From: Macrostomum lignano
Taxonomy: Eukaryota
Reading direction: 5' to 3'
Assembly: GCA_002269645.1 (NCBI GenBank)
Contig: NIVC01000690.1
Location: 186,001-250,000 of the forward strand
Length of the DNA: 64,000 nucleotides
Shown: piece after piece, positions 59,450 to 64,000 of the stretch
How positions within the stretch are numbered: position 1 is the first letter of the stretch
How the letters are laid out: every line of letters begins with the position of its first letter
Notes under the pieces: model-generated
Seen by the model: the letters and a program-made list of their open reading frames with translations, nothing else
Told to the model about the DNA's origin: nothing
The model's database searches: none
Translations under genes and position numbers: made by a program

Positions 59450-60640
59450 GAGGGCGCCCCTGTCTTTTGATTGGCGCCCCTGTCTCTTAGGTGGGCGCCC
59501 CTGTCTTTTAGGTGGGCGCCCCTGACTCTGGGTGGGCGCCCCTGTCTCTTAGGTGGGCGTCCCTGTCTCTTAGGTGGGCGCCCCTGTCTCTTGGTGGGCG
59601 CCCCTGTCTCTTAGGTGGGCGCCCCTGTCTCTTAGTGGGCGCCCCTGTCTTTTAGGTGGGCGCCCCTGTCTCTTAGGTGAGCGCCCCTGTCTCTTAGGTG
59701 GGCGCCTCTTTCTCTTGGTGGGCGCCCCTGTCTCTTGGTGGGCGCCCCTGTCTCTTGGTGGGCGCCCCTGTCTCTTGGTGGGCGCTCCTGTCTCTTAGGT
59801 GGGCGCCCTTGTCTCTTAGGTGAGCGCCCCTGTCTCTTAGGTGGGCGCCTCTTTCTCTTGGTGGGCGCCCCTGTCTCTTGGTGGGCGCCCCTGTCTCTAG
59901 GTGGGCGCCCCTGTCTCTTGGTGGGCGCTCCTGTCTCTTAGGTGGGCGCCCTTGTCTCTTGGTGAGCGCCCCTGTCTCTTAGGTGGGCGCCTCTTTCTCT
60001 TGGTGAGCGCCCCTGTCTCTTGGTGGGCGCCCTTGTCTCTTGGTGAGCGCCCCTGTCTCTTAGGTGGGCGCCTCTTTCTCTTGGTGGGCGCCCCTGTCTC
60101 TTGGTTGGCGCCCCTGTATCTTAGGTGGGCGCCCCTGTCTCTTGGTGGGCGCCCTTGTCTCTTGGTTGGCGCCCCTGTATCTTAGGTGGGCGCCCCTGTC
60201 TCTTAGTTGGGCGCCCCTGTCTCTTGGTTGGCGCCCCTGTATCTTAGGTGGGCGCCCCTGTCTCTTGGTGGGCGCCCTTGTCTCTTGGTGAGCGCCCCTG
60301 TCTCTTAGGTGGGCGCCTCTTTCTCTTGGTGAGCGCTCCTGTCTCTTAGGTGGGCGCCCTTGTCTCTTGGTGAGCGCCCCTGTCTCTTAGGTGGGCGCCT
60401 CTTTCTCTTGGTGGGCGCTCCTGTCTCTTAGGTGGGCGCCCTTGTCTCTTGGTGAGCGCCCCTGTCTCTTAGGTGGGCGCCTCTTTCTCTTGGTGGGCGC
60501 CCCTGTCTCTTGGTGGGCGCCCCTGTCTCTTAGTTGGGCGCCCCTGTCTCTTAGTTGGGCGCCCCTGTCTCTTGGTTGGCGCCCCTGTATCTTAGGTGGG
60601 CGCCCCTGTCTCTTGGTGAGCGCCCCTGTCTCTTGGTGGA
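59450..60640. repeat. 20/21-bp GC-rich minisatellite (GTGGGCGCCCCTGTCTCTTAG)
   Basis: Direct. Confidence 0.95.
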
Positions 60641-61157
60641 CTTTCTGTCTCGCTGTGCAATTACAACAAGGCTTCAAAAACTTATTGAAATCAATTATAT
60701 TATCGCTGTCTTAGAGAAGCCTTAACAGTAGGATAAATTCGATTTTCGAAAAATCCGAAAAAGAATGCTTGCAAATTTACGCTCGTATTAAACCATCGGT
60801 GAATTGTATCTTCGAGCCCATGAACATTGTATTTATCGAATAATAATTAGTTATTTTGAGAACAGCGCTTGAAGCAATGATTTTAAACTAATTTTGATAG
60901 TGTAATTATAGGTAATTAATTGGCAATTATAGTGTTGACGCACTAAATTGTAGTTTGCAGTATTGGGTTTAAAAGTTGTTCTAGATACATTTAGTGCATT
61001 AAATATTTATGATCTATGTTCATAATTGTGGAGTTCTTTAAAAACTCTTTGGTAAATAGTACAAGTTTTGTTTAACTATAGCACGACACGCACTGTACTG
61101 CGTTTACTGCACTAAACGTTCCGATGATCCAGACAACCTTCGAGACGATCCTACCAA

Positions 61158-61660
61158 CCGCCTCGACGACCCCAACGACCGCCTCGACGACCCCAACGAC
61201 CGCCTCGCCGACCCCAACGACCGCCTCGACGACCCCAACGACCGCCTTGACGACCCCAACGACCGCCTCGACGACCCCAACGACCGCCTCGACGACCCCA
61301 ACGACCGCCTCGACGACCCCAACGACCGCCTCGACGACCCAACGACCGCCTCGACGACCCCAACGACCGTCTCGGCGACCCCAACGACCGCCTCGACGAC
61401 CCAACGACCGCCTCGACGACCCCAACGACCGTCTCGGCGACCCCAACGACCGCCTCGACGACCCCAACGACCGTCTCGGCGACCCCAACGACCGCCTCGA
61501 CGACCCCAACGACCGCCTCGACGACCCCAACGACCGCCTCGACGACCCCAACGACCGCCTCGACGACCCCAACGACCGCCTCGACGACCCAACGACCGCC
61601 TCGACGACCCCAACGACCGCCTCGACGACCCCAACGACCGCCTCGACGACCCCAACGACT
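61158..61660. repeat. 21-bp minisatellite (CGACCGCCTCGACGACCCCAA)
   Basis: Direct. Confidence 0.95.
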
Positions 61661-62479
61661 GTTGCGTCCAGTCCACCGAATTCCGTAGAACCGTTCCCAT
61701 CTCTTGCTGCCCGAACGTCCTCGAATTTGAAGTACCTCGTATGCATATAAGTATCTAGTTAATGTTTCTTCAACTTGTAGATTTTGAAAGTAAAGCTTAA
61801 TACTGCTAAATTATGCTTAGTATATCAGTTAATAATTTTTTTCAATTCGCAAAATAAGGAGTTTTGGCCATTGTAGTGCTCGTAGTCCGCTTGGCGGGTA
61901 AGAATCTTGGCCTCTAAGAGCCGTATATTTGCGATATGTATTCACGCAGCTGCCGACGTGCAGCTATGAGTTACGCAATACATTGGGGTACTGAGAACGT
62001 TGGCTAGAGAGCAAGAGAAAGGGCATTGTACACGCATAGGCTGCGCACCACAGCCATAGACAATTTTTAGATTTTGTTCTTTCTTTCTTTGTCTAGAGTG
62101 CTGGTGTGCTAATGTGGGGGCTCTGCCCCCACCCCCGCAAGGGGGCTCAGCGCCCCCTTGACCCCGCTTTCTTCTGACTTTGCCATAGAAATTTTCAGCG
62201 GGCCGTGAAACCGACTGAATGCATTGGAGTAAATGGGATTTTACCATAGACAGTCTCAACGGGCCGTGAAATGCGGTTTCACGCCCGCTAACCATAACAC
62301 TAATATGGATGGGCCGCATCGCGCAGAAACGAGCTGACACTCCGATCGGCGCTACGCGCCTCGACGTTATAGATCGTTTCTGCCCTCTGCAACCCATCAA
62401 TATTGGTATATTGTCTACAATAAACGTCGTACGAGCTATATGCTAAGAAAGTCCGAGGCTAACAAACTAACTAAAGTCT

Positions 62480-62619
<140 letters not shown>

Positions 62620-64000
62620 CTCTTCGAGACAACAGCAGCATCGTCATTAAACCTGCCGACAAGGGCAGCAATATGGTCGTTATGAATCAAACTGATTACA
62701 TACTGGAAGCTAACAGACAGCTCTCCAACAAGACCTTCTACCAACCTCTTGACTCTGCAATGAGCGCCCAGACCAGTGCCATTATCGAAGCCATTTTTCA
62801 AGATCTTAAAGGAGAAAAGATAATTACTAATCATCAATACTCGCAACTGATTCCACCAACTATTCCTAGAGATCGAATTTTTTTTCCTTTTGCCAAAAAT
62901 CCATAAGGATCCCGAAGAATGGCCTACTCCTGGAGTGCCTCCTGGGAGACCCATTGTCTCTGACTGCAGCTCGGAAAGCTACATGAGCGCCAAATTTATC
63001 GATCTCTTTCTACAGCCGATCGCTAAGGAACAAGACTCCTTCATCCGAGACACGGACCACTTTCAAGCGCCTATGATTTGATTTTTGAAAAAGACGAAAA
63101 TGTCTTTCTGGTTACAATGGATGTTGAATCCCTGTACACTAATATTCCCACTGATAAGGGGATAGACGCCATTAGAGATGCCTTTCAAAAATTTCCCCAA
63201 ACCTCAAGGCCAGATTTATACTGATTGTACCTTTATATCTTGCGCTCCTGGACATTAACTTAAACAAAAATGATTTTGTTTTTAACGACACGCGCTATCT
63301 TCAAGTCAAAGGCACAAGCATGGGAAAGGCCTTTGCGCCATCCTACGCCAACATATTTATGTCTGCCTGGGAATCCAAAGCTTTGGAAGCTGCTCCGTTT
63401 ACCCCTCGTTTATTCAAGCGCTACATTGACGACATTTTTATGGTTTTCGTTGGCACTGAAGTCGAACTAAAGGAGATGCACAAGCATCTGAATGAGTTCG
63501 ATTGCAACATCCAACTCACGATGCAGTACAGCAGAGAGAAGGTTCACTTCCTGGACTGCTGTGTCAGTCTGGCTGACGCAGGCAACAACAAGAGACTTCC
63601 GTGCTCAATCTACTTCAAACCCACCGATTCACGCCAGCTCTTGCATCCGGGATCTTTTCACCCAAAGTACACATTCAAAGGTATACTGAAATCTCAGTTC
63701 CTCCGTTACGCTCGCCGTTGCACATTTAAAGCAGACTTTGATGAGGCCAGCAGCAGCTTAACAAGCATCCTGAAGAATCAAGGATATTCTGTCCGCTTAA
63801 TCAGGGATGCTAAAAAATCTGCCCTCATCCAGCTGGGCCTCTACATTGATGGTCAGTGGGAGTTCGGCTTCCAGGATTGTGGCAATCTAAGCTGCCGTCC
63901 TTGCAGAGAGCACGGGTATTTTGGCCAAGTTTGTTTAGGGTCCAGCGCTACAAAAATGATTTACAAAATTTGTCAAAAAGTCCGCTGTGACTCCAGGAAT
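62620..64000 (+). mobile_element. Penelope-like retroelement, 5'-truncated, frameshifted RT, runs off the window
   Basis: IKPADKG, PGRPIVS, LVTMDVESLYTNIP, QVKGTSMGKAFAPSYANIFM, RYIDDIF, FLD, YFKPTD motifs; C-x4-C-x2-C linker near 63880-63905. Confidence 0.88.

Noticed and set aside
59381-60660. CAGTGGCG-initiated hAT MITE enclosing the GGGCGCCC array
   Set aside because: No matching right TIR or 8-bp target duplication found

Overview
Eukaryotic, intron-containing, AT-rich animal DNA with GC-rich exons and very many minisatellites. The style suggests a flatworm such as Macrostomum, but that is inference only. Recognisable protein genes are a divergent ceramide glucosyltransferase (UGCG, 3 exons, minus), SF3A2 (2 exons, minus) and VMP1 (3 exons, plus) with an unexpected N-terminal SAP domain; there is also one orphan GC-rich exon. 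The main hidden structure, invisible in the ORF track, spans ~15.3-39 kb on the minus strand. It is a long, apparently non-coding host transcript with 30-70 nt exons whose introns carry roughly 45 box C/D snoRNA genes plus decayed copies. Guides match conserved rRNA sites of the U95, U35, U34, U32/U51 and U36 families (human/yeast site numbers are recalled from the snoRNA literature, not looked up), and several conserved guides have no target I can assign. The cluster grew by tandem module duplication; a 24-26 bp satellite expanded at the same spot inside one snoRNA in several modules, and a mariner inserted into one module. The rest holds a second mariner, a hAT-type MITE inside a dead LINE fragment, a 690 bp foldback element, a Penelope-like retroelement next to (CTAA)n, and ~20 tandem arrays that generate most long ORFs in the track as artefacts.
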